NCBI GenBank assembly: GCA_965228435.1
Contig: OZ245818.1
Span: 6,841,518-6,905,517, forward strand
Reading direction: 5' to 3'
Source of the DNA: Hoeflea sp.
Lineage (GTDB): Bacteria; Pseudomonadota; Alphaproteobacteria; Rhizobiales; Rhizobiaceae
DNA: 64,000 bases
Positions within the stretch are counted from its first letter, which is position 1. Each line of letters starts with the position of its first letter. A program made the position numbers and the translations under genes. Below the pieces are notes generated by a model. The model was given only the letters and a program-made list of their open reading frames with translations. It had not been told where the DNA came from and did no database searches. This document shows, piece after piece, positions 46,301 through 61,454 of the stretch.

Positions 46301-47582
46301 CACGGTTCAGGAGAACCGGGTGCTCGCGGATAACCTCGTCGAGAATATCCCAGACCTCAGGCTTTTCCTTCTCGACCAGCTTCTTGGCCTGCTTGACGGT
46401 CGACGAATAGCCCTTGGCGTCGAGGCGCGCGTAGATGAACGGCTTGAACAGTTCCAATGCCATCTTCTTCGGCAGGCCACACTGGTGTAGCTTCAGCTCG
46501 GGACCGGTCACGATGACCGAGCGGCCCGAATAGTCTACCCGCTTGCCGAGCAGGTTTTGACGGAACCGGCCCTGCTTGCCCTTGAGCATGTCGGAGAGCG
46601 ACTTCAGCGGACGCTTGTTGGCACCGGTGATCACTCGACCACGGCGACCGTTGTCGAACAGCGCGTCGACCGACTCCTGCAGCATGCGCTTTTCGTTGCG
46701 GATGATGATACCCGGCGCACGCAGTTCGATCAGCCGCTTCAGGCGGTTGTTCCGGTTGATGACGCGACGGTAAAGGTCGTTGAGGTCAGAGGTCGCGAAG
46801 CGGCCGCCATCAAGCGGCACCAGCGGACGCAGGTCCGGCGGAATCACCGGAATGACCTTCATGATCATCCATTCGGGGCGGTTGCCCGATTCGATGAAAT
46901 TCTCGACCAGCTTCAGACGCTTCATCAGCTTCTTGGTCTTGAGCTCCGACGAGGTTGCAGCGAGTTCGTCACGCAGGTCGACCGCGATCTTTTCCAGATC
47001 CATGCCGGCAAGCAGCTCGAAGATGGCCTCAGCGCCGATCATGGACGTGAAGGCGTCTTCACCGAACTCGTCGACGGCCAGCATGAACTCTTCTTCCGAG
47101 AGAAGCTGGTTTTCCTTGAGCGACGTCAGACCCGGCTCGGTGACGATGTAGTTCTCGAAATAGAGGACCCGCTCGATATCCTTCAACGTCATGTCGAGCA
47201 GCGTGCCGATGCGGCTCGGCAGCGATTTCAGGAACCAGATATGAGCGACCGGCGCAGCCAGTTCGATGTGGCCCATGCGCTCGCGGCGCACGCGGGACAG
47301 GGTGACTTCAACACCACATTTTTCGCAGATGATGCCCTTGTACTTCATCCGCTTGTATTTGCCGCAAAGGCACTCATAGTCCTTGATAGGACCGAAAATG
47401 CGCGCACAGAAAAGACCGTCGCGCTCAGGCTTGAATGTACGGTAGTTGATCGTCTCCGGCTTCTTGATTTCACCGAAAGACCAGGAAAGGATTTTTTCCG
47501 GCGAGGCGATCGAAATCCGGATGGAATCGAAGGTCTGCACCGGCGCCTGCGTATTGAAAAGGTTCATGACCTCTTGGTTCAT
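43368..47582 (-). CDS. rpoC: RNA polymerase beta' subunit
   Basis: Catalytic [11 protein letters not shown] and zinc-finger ECLCGKYK...CEKC. Confidence 0.99.
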   Translation of the reverse strand: MNQEVMNLFNTQAPVQTFDSIRISIASPEKILSWSFGEIKKPETINYRTFKPERDGLFCARIFGPIKDYECLCGKYKRMKYKGIICEKCGVEVTLSRVRRERMGHIELAAPVAHIWFLKSLPSRIGTLLDMTLKDIERVLYFENYIVTEPGLTSLKENQLLSEEEFMLAVDEFGEDAFTSMIGAEAIFELLAGMDLEKIAVDLRDELAATSSELKTKKLMKRLKLVENFIESGNRPEWMIMKVIPVIPPDLRPLVPLDGGRFATSDLNDLYRRVINRNNRLKRLIELRAPGIIIRNEKRMLQESVDALFDNGRRGRVITGANKRPLKSLSDMLKGKQGRFRQNLLGKRVDYSGRSVIVTGPELKLHQCGLPKKMALELFKPFIYARLDAKGYSSTVKQAKKLVEKEKPEVWDILDEVIREHPVLLNRAPTLHRLGIQAFEPVLVEGKAIQLHPLVCTAFNADFDGDQMAVHVPLSLEAQLEARVLMMSTNNILHPANGAPIIVPSQDMVLGLYYLSIMNENEPGEGMVFADMGELHHALENKVVTLHAKIKGRFKTVDAEGNEVSAIFETTPGRMIIGELLPRNVNVPFDICNQEMTKKNISKMIDTVYRHCGQKETVIFCDRIMQLGFGHACRAGISFGKDDMVIPDAKSKIVNETEMLVKEYEQQYNDGLITQGEKYNKVVDAWGKATEKVADEMMGRIRAIEFDDNGRQKPMNSIYMMSHSGARGSANQMRQLGGMRGLMAKPSGEIIETPITSNFKEGLTVNEYFNSTHGARKGLADTALKTANSGYLTRRLVDVAQDCIVTQTDCGTENGLTMTAIVDAGQVVASIGQRILGRTALEDVVHPQTGDVLVAGGKMIEESDVAAIEAANIQSVKIRSALTCEVQNGVCATCYGRDLARGTPVNIGEAVGVIAAQSIGEPGTQLTMRTFHLGGTATVVDQSFLEASYEGKVRIKNRNILRNSEGNLVAMGRSMSIQILDEQGVERSSQRVAYGSRIHVDDGDEVKRGQRLAEWDPYTRPMMTEVAGTVEFEDVVDGVSVSESTDETTGITKRQVIDWRSTPRGADLKPAIVIKGKDGKVAKLSRGGEARFQLSVDAILSVEPGSKASEGDVLARIPLESAKTKDITGGLPRVAELFEARRPKDHAIIAEIDGTIRFGRDYKNKRRIMIEPHEDGEEAVEYLIPKGKPFHLQDGDAIEKGDYILDGNPAPHDILAIKGVEALASYLVNEIQEVYRLQGVLINDKHIEVIVRQMLQKVEITDAGDSAYIVGDNVDRIELEIANERLAEEGKKPASGDPVLLGITKASLQTPSFISAASFQETTKVLTEAAVAGKMDALQGLKENVIVGRLIPAGTGGAMNQIRRIATSRDDLILEERKKTAGLEDAGPMLADLSEEPASAPAGE

Positions 47583-47747
47583 GCCTATCTCCTTCGTGGG
47601 GCGCTACCCCTTTATCGACGGTGGGCGGAAGGGGCACGCTCCGCTACCGTCTGAAATCCAAAGTGCCGCTTGTCGCGGTCTTGTCCGGCCGATCGGCAAC
47701 CGGCCGAAACCGGCGCGCTTCATACCCGCAAAGCGCGCCGCAGATAC

Positions 47748-51893
<4,146 letters not shown>

Positions 51894-51980
51894 CGTCGCT
51901 CCTTGTTATCTTGCATCCGGGCCTGCAACTTACGAAGCCACTGGCCAGGGGGCTTCGCAAAATAGGGTCTTTGAGAACCC

Positions 51981-52064
51981 ATTACCCAAGGGCCGGAATC
52001 CGGTCCTTGGGTAATCGGTTCGAACGGCAATTTTCGGTGGCAGGGCCCAAAGAAAGGCCCTGCC
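51981..52064 (-). promoter_or_regulatory. Two strong hairpins in the rplL-rpoB spacer (attenuator/processing-site candidates)
   Basis: ATTACCCAAGGGCCGG-aat-CCGGTCCTTGGGTAAT (51981-52015) and GGCAGGGCC-8nt-GGCCCTGCC (52039-52064). Position is analogous to the known rplL-rpoB attenuator of E. coli. Confidence 0.55.
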
Positions 52065-52081
52065 CCGATACGCACAAACGC

Positions 52082-52459
52082 TTACTTGAGCTCGACGGTT
52101 GCGCCGGCTTCTTCAAGCTTGCCTTTGATTTCCTCGGCTTCTGCCTTGGAAACAGCTTCCTTGACAGCTTTAGGAGCGCTCTCAACGAGGTCCTTGGCTT
52201 CTTTCAGGCCCAGGCCCGTGATGCCGCGAACTTCCTTGATGACGTTGATCTTCTTCTCGCCGGCAGAGGCGAGAACAACGTCAAATTCGTCCTTTTCTTC
52301 GGCTGCAGCGGCTTCACCGCCACCTGCACCTGCGGCTGCGACTGCAACCGGAGCTGCAGCGGAGACGCCCCATTTTTCTTCGAGCATCTTGGAAAGCTCA
52401 GCAGCTTCCAGGACGGTGAGGTTCGAGAGGTCTTCAACGATCTTGCTAAGATCAGCCAT
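52082..52459 (-). CDS. rplL: 50S ribosomal protein L7/L12
   Basis: LTVLEAAEL ... [24 protein letters not shown]. Confidence 0.99.
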   Translation of the reverse strand: MADLSKIVEDLSNLTVLEAAELSKMLEEKWGVSAAAPVAVAAAGAGGGEAAAAEEKDEFDVVLASAGEKKINVIKEVRGITGLGLKEAKDLVESAPKAVKEAVSKAEAEEIKGKLEEAGATVELK

Positions 52460-52513
52460 GATTTGGTTCCTTAATGGTTCGGTTCGAACTGGTTCTGAAC
52501 AGCGAAGTTCCGC

Positions 52514-53032
52514 CTAGGCGGCTTCGTCCTTATTGGCATAAGCACCAACGACACGAGCGAGCTGACCCGCCGGTGCGTTGACGACCTGGGCGATGCGCGT
52601 TGCCGGCGTCGAAATCATGCCGACAATCTTCGCCCGCAGCTCGTCGATGGACGGCAGCGAGGCAAGTGCCTTCACGCCGTCTTCGTCGAGTTCGGTCGTT
52701 CCCATCGATCCGCCGAGAACAACGAGGTTGTCGTTGGTCTTGGCAAAGTCGACAGCGACTTTCGGAGCGACAATCGGATCATCGCTGTAAGCGATCATCG
52801 TCTGTCCCTGGAAGAGACCTGAGATCCCTTCCGCATCCGTGCCCTTAAGAGCGATTTTGGCCAGGCGGTTCTTCGCGACCTTAACCGTGCCTCCGGCTTC
52901 GCGCATCTTCGTCCGAAGATCGTTCATTTGCGCAACCGAAAGGCCGGCATAGTGGGCCACGACAATCGAGCCGGAGGTCTTGAAGACCTCGTTCAATGAC
53001 GTGACGAATTCGCGTTTTTCCGCTCTTTCCAC
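52514..53032 (-). CDS. rplJ: 50S ribosomal protein L10
   Basis: [13 protein letters not shown] ... [16 protein letters not shown] start at 53032 behind a GGAGAG RBS. Confidence 0.97.
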   Translation of the reverse strand: MERAEKREFVTSLNEVFKTSGSIVVAHYAGLSVAQMNDLRTKMREAGGTVKVAKNRLAKIALKGTDAEGISGLFQGQTMIAYSDDPIVAPKVAVDFAKTNDNLVVLGGSMGTTELDEDGVKALASLPSIDELRAKIVGMISTPATRIAQVVNAPAGQLARVVGAYANKDEAA

Positions 53033-53218
53033 TGCCACTCTCCAGTTGACAGGACCGCCAAATGCGGACCCTGCCGGGTTTGCCTTGCCGCTCGAGGCCA
53101 TTTGCGACCCGCAAGCGACGCTTGAGGATCCTGTCCCCTCGAGCCGATCACACCGGAGCGACGCAAGGCAGTGAAGGTTCGAACCGAAAACCGGGCGCCA
53201 AGCGCCAAAAATTCGGAT

Positions 53219-53278
53219 CTTACCCGTCTCATGCGGGCAAAGTGATTAAGGCTAACCACCCGCAATCTCGGACAGGAG
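53219..53278 (-). promoter_or_regulatory. L10 leader (autogenous control element of rplJL)
   Basis: Minus strand CCTGTCCGAGATTGCGGG...TTAAT...CCCGCATGAGACGGG matches the recalled L10-leader pattern (GTCCxAGAxxGCxGG...TTAA...CCxGCxxAGACGG). Confidence 0.75.
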
Positions 53279-53361
53279 TTCCGGACTTTTGAGGGTCCGG
53301 ATTTCCCGGCCCGAAGGCCGGAAAACAGGTAAACCGGCCTAGCCGGTAATCTTTGCGACCG

Positions 53362-54060
53362 TCAGCCCGTCGAGAGGCTCGACGGATCGACTTTCACGCC
53401 AGCACCCATGGTCGACGAAATGGCGATGCGACGGACATAGGTGCCTTTGGCTCCGCTGGGCTTTGCCTTTTGAACAGCATCGGCAAATGCACGGACGTTC
53501 TCTTCAATCGCCTTCGGATCAAAGGACGCCTTGCCAACACCAGCATGGACGATGCCAGCCTTTTCAACACGGAACTCGACTGCACCACCCTTGGAAGCCG
53601 AAACTGCTTCCTTCAGGTCGTTGGTCACGGTTCCGACTTTCGGGTTGGGCATCAGGCCACGGGGGCCGAGCACCTTACCGAGACGGCCGACCAGCGGCAT
53701 CATGTCAGGCGTCGCGATGCAGCGATCGAATTCGATCTGACCGCTCTGGACCTGCTCGACGAGGTCTTCGGCGCCAACGATGTCAGCACCCGCTTCTTTC
53801 GCCTCTTCCGCTTTCGCGTCGCGGGCAAAAACGGCAACCTTGACCGAACGGCCGGTGCCATTCGGCAGATTGACAACACCGCGGACCATCTGATCCGCGT
53901 GCCGCGGATCGACACCGAGATTCATTGCAACCTCGATCGTCTCATCGAATTTTGCCGTTGCGCGTTCCTTGACCAGCGAAACAGCTTCGCCGATCTCATA
54001 AAGCTTCGCATTATCAATGCCATCACGGACTTTTTGCAGGCGTTTTGTTACCTTGGCCAT
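53362..54060 (-). CDS. rplA: 50S ribosomal protein L1
   Basis: [25 protein letters not shown] ... [16 protein letters not shown]. Confidence 0.99.
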   Translation of the reverse strand: MAKVTKRLQKVRDGIDNAKLYEIGEAVSLVKERATAKFDETIEVAMNLGVDPRHADQMVRGVVNLPNGTGRSVKVAVFARDAKAEEAKEAGADIVGAEDLVEQVQSGQIEFDRCIATPDMMPLVGRLGKVLGPRGLMPNPKVGTVTNDLKEAVSASKGGAVEFRVEKAGIVHAGVGKASFDPKAIEENVRAFADAVQKAKPSGAKGTYVRRIAISSTMGAGVKVDPSSLSTG

Positions 54061-54064
54061 CGTC

Positions 54065-54493
54065 TTACCCCGTCACTTCCAGGCCCATGGAGCGGGCGGA
54101 ACCCTCAACCATTGCCATTGCGCCTTCGACGTCAGCCGCATTGAGGTCCTTCATCTTGGCCTCGGCGATCTTGCGGACCTGATCCTTGCTGACCGAACCC
54201 GCAACTTCGCGGCCCGGTTCCTTGGAGCCGGATTTCAGCTTTGCTTCCTTCTTGAGGAAGTAGCTGACCGGCGGCTGCTTCATCGTGAAGGTGAAGGACT
54301 TGTCCTGGTAGTATGTAATAATGCACGGAATCGGTGCATTCTTTTCCATTTCCTGCGTGGCGGCATTGAACGCCTTGCAGAATTCCATGATGTTGATGCC
54401 GCGCTGACCAAGTGCAGGACCGATCGGCGGTGACGGATTTGCCGCACCTGCCGGGACCTGCAGCTTGAGCTGACCTGCAACTTTCTTAGCCAT
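54065..54493 (-). CDS. rplK: 50S ribosomal protein L11
   Basis: [28 protein letters not shown]. Confidence 0.99.
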   Translation of the reverse strand: MAKKVAGQLKLQVPAGAANPSPPIGPALGQRGINIMEFCKAFNAATQEMEKNAPIPCIITYYQDKSFTFTMKQPPVSYFLKKEAKLKSGSKEPGREVAGSVSKDQVRKIAEAKMKDLNAADVEGAMAMVEGSARSMGLEVTG

Positions 54494-54670
54494 GCTCTCT
54501 CTGCCTTTTCAAAGGGACGACAAAAGCCATCCCGTTATCGCCGCCCACCGGTTCGGCGAGCCGACATCGATGCCGGTTGCCCGGCGGCTGCGGTTGCGTG
54601 GTACGGTCTACGAAGCAGGCTAAGCCTCGCTTTCCTCCCACGCGTTTCGGCAGGCGTCGCCTGCCCGGGG

Positions 54671-55201
54671 TCAGACCTTTTCGACCTGACCGTATTCCAG
54701 TTCGACCGGCGTAGCGCGTCCGAAGATGGAGACTTCCACCTTGAGCCGCGACCGTTCTTCGTCCACCTCCTGTACAACACCGGAGAAGGATGCGAAGGGT
54801 CCGTCGGAGACCCGGATTTGTTCGCCGATTTCGAAGGAAATGGACGGCTTCGGCCGATCCACGCCTTCCTGCACCTGCGTCAGAATTTGCTCCGCTTCCG
54901 AATCGGGAATCGGAACAGGCTTGTTGTCAGACCCCAGAAACCCCGTCACCTTCGGCGTGTTCTTGATCAGGTGATAGGCTTCGTCGGTCAAATCGGCACG
55001 CACCATGACGTAACCGGGAAAGAACTTGCGCTCGGAATCCACCTTGCGACCGCGGCGAACCTCGACAACCTTCTCAGTCGGCACCAGAATCTTCTCAAAC
55101 AGATGATCCAGGCCTTTAACCCGAGCCTGTTCCTCGATTGACTCGGCCACCTTCTTCTCAAAGTTCGAGTATGCGTGGACGATGTACCAGCGCGCCGCCA
55201 T
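54671..55201 (-). CDS. nusG: Transcription termination/antitermination factor NusG
   Basis: RWYIVHAYSNFE, FFPGYVMV, KOW GEQIRVSDGPFASFSG ... IFGRATPVEL. Confidence 0.99.
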   Translation of the reverse strand: MAARWYIVHAYSNFEKKVAESIEEQARVKGLDHLFEKILVPTEKVVEVRRGRKVDSERKFFPGYVMVRADLTDEAYHLIKNTPKVTGFLGSDNKPVPIPDSEAEQILTQVQEGVDRPKPSISFEIGEQIRVSDGPFASFSGVVQEVDEERSRLKVEVSIFGRATPVELEYGQVEKV

Positions 55202-55219
55202 TATTGTCTCCAGCCTGCA

Positions 55220-55417
55220 CTAACCGACATTCAGAACCAGCCCGACGAGCCAGCCCAGAAGCTGATCGGCCGCGAAGAAGAACGCCGCTGCCAGAAACAC
55301 CATGATCAAAACCATCACGGTCGAGATCATCGTCTCGCGCCGCGATGGCCATGTCACTTTCGACGTTTCGGCACGCACTTGCTGCAGAAACGCGAAGGGA
55401 TTTGTTTTGGATGCCAT
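55220..55417 (-). CDS. secE: Preprotein translocase subunit SecE
   Basis: FLQQVRAETSKVTWPSRRET followed by one transmembrane helix, directly upstream of nusG. Confidence 0.97.
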   Translation of the reverse strand: MASKTNPFAFLQQVRAETSKVTWPSRRETMISTVMVLIMVFLAAAFFFAADQLLGWLVGLVLNVG

Positions 55418-55847
55418 AAGCCGCTCACGCCTTTACGGCGCGTAAAAAGGGCCTCTCAGCCCCACGCGCCGCGTGTCTGTTTTTTCTCTTAATAATCATC
55501 GATTCCGAAAATCACAAGGGGCAATTGCCGTTTTCGCTGCAATATTCGTACCAGCCCGCATATAAGGCCGCTTCGCGTCCAATTCGAGGCGAAGTCACCA
55601 GAAAATACAGACTTTCTGACCAATCCGGGCGAGATGCTGCAGCACTTGTCGGGTTCCAAGAGCCCTCATGTAACCTTTGCAGAACGCAAAGCGACTTCTC
55701 GATTTCGAAATCCAAATCAAGTTTCCCGGCAGGCTATTTTTTACCAACCTTTTGATTTTAAATAATTTTGCTCTTCGGCACGGCTCTTGCTCCTCCTCTG
55801 TCGAAAGCCTGGCGGCGTGGTGCCGCCGGCAAATCGAGGAGACTGTA

Positions 55848-57614
55848 ATGAGTGTAGACACAGACATGAATATTTCGCCGGTGCTCGGCACCAATGGACC
55901 GGACAATCTGATTGGAACAGGACGGTCGGAGGTCCTTTCGGGCGCAGGTGGAGACGACCGGATCCAAGCACTCTCCGGTGACGATGAGGTGTTCGGCGGC
56001 ACCGGCGACGACATCCTGATGGGTCAGGGCGGCAACGACACGCTCTACGGCAATGGCAAACCTGCCTATGTCGATCTGAACAACCTGGTTGTTGCAGAAG
56101 CCGTCACGGCCAAGGTGACGTTCATCGATGAAGGCGCCGGTTTCAGAAACTCGCTTGGCGCCTATGAAATCCAACCCGATGGGTCCATTTCAAACGTTCG
56201 AATTCTCTTTGCCAACTCGTCCAAACAAGGCAGTGGTGGCGACCTCATCCCCGGTGAGTCGTTCGCCGAGTTCGAAATCGAGGCCGGTACCCAGGTTGGT
56301 CTTTTCATTGTGTCGAACGGCTACGGCAAGGGTGTAGAAAATCGCAACGCGCTGTCGGCGACTTCCGGTCATTTCGAACTCAGAAATGCCGACGGACAAC
56401 CGGGTACCACCCAGGACAACGCCCTCTTTCTCTTTCACGTGGATGACGCGACCGGGACCGAAACGGCTGTTCGCAGCCAGTACGGCTACCATATTTTCCA
56501 TTCCAACGCCGATGCTGAAAGCGACTACCGCCCGAATCCTGATGCCTTCCCGCATGTGGTCGGTAGGGCCAACGCGGTATCCGGAGAATTGCTGATCGGC
56601 CTGGAGGATCTCTACGGCGGTGGCGACAAGGACTACGACGACAATGTCCTTCGACTGGAGATCGGCCAGAGCAACGTGGTGGCACTGCTACCGCAATCGA
56701 CCGGACCCAGCACTCCCAAGTCGGATGACGACGAAATCTACGGCGGAGACGGGAACGACGTTCTCTTTGGCATCGGCGGCGATGACCTGCTCGCGGGTGG
56801 GCGTGGCGACGACGAGTTGAACGGCAACTCCGGCAACGATGTTCTCTACGGCAACGAAGGCAACGATATCCTTCGCGGTAATTCCGGAACGGACTCGCTT
56901 CATGGCGGATCCGGTGAAGACGTGCTGGAAGGAAACTCTGGAAATGACGAGCTTTATGGAGACGGTGATGCTGATCTGCTTAAGGGTGGTTCCGGCGACG
57001 ACAGCTTGTGGGGCGGCTCCGGCGACGATGAACTGCAAGGCGGTTCGGGCGCTGACATTCTCGACGGGGGCAGCGGAAACGACGAGCTTCATGGCAATAG
57101 TGGCAACGACATCCTGCGCGGTGATTCCGGTGCCGATACGCTCAATGGCCATTCCGGCGATGATGTATTGTACGGAGGCAGCGGCGTGGATCGCCTCGTC
57201 GGGGGCGGCGGCAACGATCAGCTTTTCGGCGACGATCACAACGACAGGGTCTATGGCGGCTCGGGCAACGACAGCCTCGCCGGCGGGGCGGGTAATGACT
57301 ATCTGACCGGCGGCACCGGAAACGACACGCTTGACGGCGGTCTCGGCAACGACAAGCTCATCGGGGGTTCCGGAGCCGACATATTTGTCTTGGATTTTTC
57401 CGTTGGCAGCCTGGGCTACGACAGGATCTACGACTACCGGTCGGAGGACGTCCTGGAGCTGCGAAATTCCCAGTTCGACGCTGTCGAAGATGTCTACGCT
57501 CTCGTCGTCGAGGACGGCAACGATCTCGTGTTCGATTTCTCGAGCGACAGCGTCGTGACACTGAAGAACCTCTCTTTGGACGAGTTCGAGATCGACAGCC
57601 TGCTTCTGCTGTGA
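55848..57614 (+). CDS. RTX Ca-binding secreted protein with DUF4114-like domain
   Basis: GAGGAG RBS before ATG 55848, N-terminal RTX motifs, [19 protein letters not shown] (DUF4114-like), 24 consecutive GGxGxDxL nonapeptides, hydrophobic C-terminus IDSLLLL. Confidence 0.88.
   Translation: MSVDTDMNISPVLGTNGPDNLIGTGRSEVLSGAGGDDRIQALSGDDEVFGGTGDDILMGQGGNDTLYGNGKPAYVDLNNLVVAEAVTAKVTFIDEGAGFRNSLGAYEIQPDGSISNVRILFANSSKQGSGGDLIPGESFAEFEIEAGTQVGLFIVSNGYGKGVENRNALSATSGHFELRNADGQPGTTQDNALFLFHVDDATGTETAVRSQYGYHIFHSNADAESDYRPNPDAFPHVVGRANAVSGELLIGLEDLYGGGDKDYDDNVLRLEIGQSNVVALLPQSTGPSTPKSDDDEIYGGDGNDVLFGIGGDDLLAGGRGDDELNGNSGNDVLYGNEGNDILRGNSGTDSLHGGSGEDVLEGNSGNDELYGDGDADLLKGGSGDDSLWGGSGDDELQGGSGADILDGGSGNDELHGNSGNDILRGDSGADTLNGHSGDDVLYGGSGVDRLVGGGGNDQLFGDDHNDRVYGGSGNDSLAGGAGNDYLTGGTGNDTLDGGLGNDKLIGGSGADIFVLDFSVGSLGYDRIYDYRSEDVLELRNSQFDAVEDVYALVVEDGNDLVFDFSSDSVVTLKNLSLDEFEIDSLLLL
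56739..57386 (+). repeat. 24 x 27-bp degenerate RTX nonapeptide tandem array
   Basis: Runs from YGGDGNDVL to IGGSGADIF with no insertions (648 bp = 24 x 27). Confidence 0.9.
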
Positions 57615-57668
57615 CGCCAGGCACGCGAGAGCAATCCACCAATATCACTGAATAGAATGGAGCGAAGA

Positions 57669-57929
57669 ATGGCTTTCTTCCGACAAAAACCCCTGACGAT
57701 CGAGGCCATGCAAATCGGCATCGACACCTGGCCTGCCGAATTCTGGCAGGCGGTTTGCGACCAGAAAATCAGTTTGCACCGATGCGAGGACGGCAAGCTT
57801 TATGTGCTGGTCGAAGCCCCCGACGGACACATTCGCGGAAACTTTCGGGACTGGCTCATTCGGGACGTAGACGGAGCCTATCGCGTAGCCGCACCGGCAT
57901 CGTTCGAGTTGAGCTACGACGCCGCGTGA
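57669..57929 (+). CDS. Small hypothetical protein resembling a widespread phage protein family
   Basis: GGAG RBS, 86 aa. RQKPLTIEAMQ ... RDWLIRDVDGAYRVAAPASFELSY resembles the recalled phage pattern RKKPVVIEAVQ ... [24 protein letters not shown]. Confidence 0.7.
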   Translation: MAFFRQKPLTIEAMQIGIDTWPAEFWQAVCDQKISLHRCEDGKLYVLVEAPDGHIRGNFRDWLIRDVDGAYRVAAPASFELSYDAA

Positions 57930-57963
57930 GAACGGAATTGAAGCTTCACTGTGCTTGAAAGAC

Positions 57964-58039
57964 TGGCAGGGGCAGAGAGGCTCGAACTCCCGACCTACGG
58001 TTTTGGAGACCGTCGCTCTACCAACTGAGCTATACCCCT
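57964..58039 (-). tRNA. tRNA-Trp (CCA)
   Basis: AGGGGTATAGCTCAGTTGGTAGAGCGACGGTCTCCAAAACCGTAGGTCGGGAGTTCGAGCCTCTCTGCCCCTGCCA, 76 nt, encoded CCA end. Confidence 0.98.
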
Positions 58040-58142
58040 AGGCCGAGGGCGGTTTAGCGGGAAATGTCGGGCTGTTCAAGCGCCAAATGCGGGTGTAATT
58101 GCGATAACGTCTGCGGGAGCCGCCTCACCCACCCGAAAACGC

Positions 58143-58174
58143 CGAAACGCGCCGCATCGCTGCGGCGCGTTTCG
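58143..58174 (-). terminator. Strong hairpin downstream of the second tuf (probable terminator/processing site)
   Basis: 14-bp perfect stem CGAAACGCGCCGCA-tcgc-TGCGGCGCGTTTCG. The U-tract is weak. Confidence 0.65.
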
Positions 58175-58217
58175 TTTCTCACTCAAATCAGACGGTATCG
58201 CGACCGTCCAAAATTGC

Positions 58218-59393
<1,176 letters not shown>

Positions 59394-59582
59394 GATAGTC
59401 CAGTCCTGTCATACTCAAAGTTTGCGCTATGGCACTCGCCATCGGACGGATCCGGCGAGAGCGCCCGATTGGTTGAAGGCCCAATAAGGCCTTAGGCCTT
59501 TCGAAGCAAGACCAAATTGCAGCCAGACCCGGAGGACTTGGCGCACAATAAAGTGCTTGGATCAACTGAGCGTATTGAATTT

Positions 59583-59656
59583 TGGAGCGGGTAGCGGGAA
59601 TCGAACCCGCATATTCAGCTTGGAAGGCTGCTGCTCTACCATTGAGCTATACCCGC
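59583..59656 (-). tRNA. tRNA-Gly (TCC)
   Basis: GCGGGTATAGCTCAATGGTAGAGCAGCAGCCTTCCAAGCTGAATATGCGGGTTCGATTCCCGCTACCCGCTCCA, 74 nt. Confidence 0.98.
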
Positions 59657-59676
59657 AAGCACTCACGATCGGGAAG

Positions 59677-59761
59677 TGGTGGAGGGGGCTGGATTCGAAC
59701 CAGCGTAGGCATAGCCAACGGATTTACAGTCCGCCCCTTTTAACCGCTCAGGCACCCCTCC
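59677..59761 (-). tRNA. tRNA-Tyr (GTA)
   Basis: GGAGGGGTGCCTGAGCGGTTAAAAGGGGCGGACTGTAAATCCG...GGTTCGAATCCAGCCCCCTCCACCA, 85 nt with long variable arm. Confidence 0.98.
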
Positions 59762-59966
59762 ACGTCCGACCGACGGGGTCTTGCACCCGATCCACAAGGT
59801 CGATGAGGACCCGGTGAATCTGCGCCGGGGTTATGCAGGCCGCGCATAGTTCTGTCAACACGCAGAATCAGGAAAAATCCGTCGGTGCGTCCGGCATCCG
59901 GTTCATCCGGTCCTGACCGTGATAAATACGCTTTGCGCCAACGTTGGTGACGACTATAACCCCGCC

Positions 59967-60782
59967 ATGAAAAACGACCGGGACAAGCGGCCAACGGCCA
60001 AAGACAGTCATTACGCGCGACTGCGGCGCGCGCACCGAGACGCGCAAGCGGCCAAGCAACCACCTCCAGAGGACGTTGTCCTGCTTTACGGACTGCACAC
60101 GGTGCGAGCGGCAATCGAAAATCCGAACCGCACAATCCATTCCATGAAGGTGACCCGCAACGCCCTCAACCGGCTTGAAATCGAAAACCCGGACGCCCTG
60201 CCCTTCGAATTGGACATGGTCGCGCCACAGGTGATCGACAAAATGTTGCCTCCCGACGCCATCCACCAGGGGGTGGTTGTCGAAGCCGCGACGCTGCCGG
60301 TTCGACGCATTAACTCCCTGGCCGATAGTCCGCTGGTTCTGGTGCTTGATCAGGTGACCGATCCGCACAATGTCGGCGCGATCATGCGATCGGCGGTTGC
60401 CTTTGGCGCCGGCGCGATCGTGACGACGCTTCGCCACAGCCCGCAGGAATCGGGTGTCCTGGCCAAATCCGCGTCCGGGGCGCTGGAACTCATTCCCTAT
60501 ATTCAGATCACCAATCTGGCGGAGGCGATTGAAGCGCTTCACGAGCTTGGTTTCCTCAGCGTGGGTCTCGACTCTGAAGGACCACACCAACTGGAGGACA
60601 CGCTTGCCGGCGAACGGATCTGCCTGGTCCTCGGCGCCGAAGGCAAAGGACTTCGCCAGAAAACCCGGGCGACCGTAAAGTCGCTGGCGCGACTCGATAT
60701 GCCCGGCGCCATCAAGTCGCTCAATGTCTCAAATGCAGCGGCAATTTCTCTTTATGCAGCTAATCGCTTCCTACGGGCATGA
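59967..60782 (+). CDS. rlmB: 23S rRNA (guanosine-2'-O)-methyltransferase, SpoU/TrmH family
   Basis: LYGLHTVRAA, HQGVV, LDQVTDPHNVGAIMRSA, LGAEGKGLR and IKSLNVSNAAAI. Start placed at ATG 59967. Confidence 0.92.
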   Translation: MKNDRDKRPTAKDSHYARLRRAHRDAQAAKQPPPEDVVLLYGLHTVRAAIENPNRTIHSMKVTRNALNRLEIENPDALPFELDMVAPQVIDKMLPPDAIHQGVVVEAATLPVRRINSLADSPLVLVLDQVTDPHNVGAIMRSAVAFGAGAIVTTLRHSPQESGVLAKSASGALELIPYIQITNLAEAIEALHELGFLSVGLDSEGPHQLEDTLAGERICLVLGAEGKGLRQKTRATVKSLARLDMPGAIKSLNVSNAAAISLYAANRFLRA

Positions 60783-60902
60783 CAATTCTGCTGTCCTGTC
60801 CATGACAAACAGGTGAATTGGTTAACCCAACTGCCGGAAACAATGTACAGAATCAGTTCCCGGATATATCGTGCAGGACAATCAAACAGGGAGCTTTGCC
60901 AC

Positions 60903-61343
60903 ATGTTCAACCGTGCCTTTTCCATTCTCCGCCTCGTCACGCTGTCGCTGGGTCTCGCCCTCGCAACCGGCGTTGCGGCTCACGCCCAGGACGCTCAGAT
61001 CGCGCTTCATGTCGGCAAGGCCGGCTTCATCGTCGGGGCCACTGGCGGCAATGGAACCCTGACTTACAAGGGCAAGCGCTATCCCCTGAAGGTCGGTGGC
61101 ATGTCGGTGGGACTGACGATCGGAGCCGCATCAGCAGACATGGTGGGACAGGTCTACAATCTGAAGAAGCTGAGTGATATCAACGGCATATATAGCAGTG
61201 CAAGCGCCTCGCTCGCGGCCGGCGCCGGCGCGGCTGACATGGTTCTGCAGAACGCCGAAGGTGTTCAACTGTTTCTGACCGGAAAGCAGATCGGGATCGA
61301 AGCGTCATTGTCTGCAACTGGTTTGCGCATTTCTCTGCAGTAA
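60903..61343 (+). CDS. Exported beta-rich protein, EipA/DUF1134-like
   Basis: Signal peptide ending AAHA, then pattern GFIVG..GG.GTL.Y ... VYNL..L.DI.G.Y ... L.N..GV. Confidence 0.65.
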   Translation: MFNRAFSILRLVTLSLGLALATGVAAHAQDAQIALHVGKAGFIVGATGGNGTLTYKGKRYPLKVGGMSVGLTIGAASADMVGQVYNLKKLSDINGIYSSASASLAAGAGAADMVLQNAEGVQLFLTGKQIGIEASLSATGLRISLQ

Positions 61344-61454
61344 TTCTGCATCCGACCCGGTGCGGGCGCACGCATCCAGAAAATGGTGCACCCGCACAAT
61401 CTGACGGTTCCGATCCACCGCAAATCAATGCGTGGCCGCCTGACTGGAACACCA

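Noticed and set aside
56739-57386. CRISPR-like or non-coding tandem array suggested by the 27-bp periodicity
   Set aside because: The periodicity is fully explained by in-frame RTX nonapeptide coding. There are no identical repeats with unique spacers and no cas genes.
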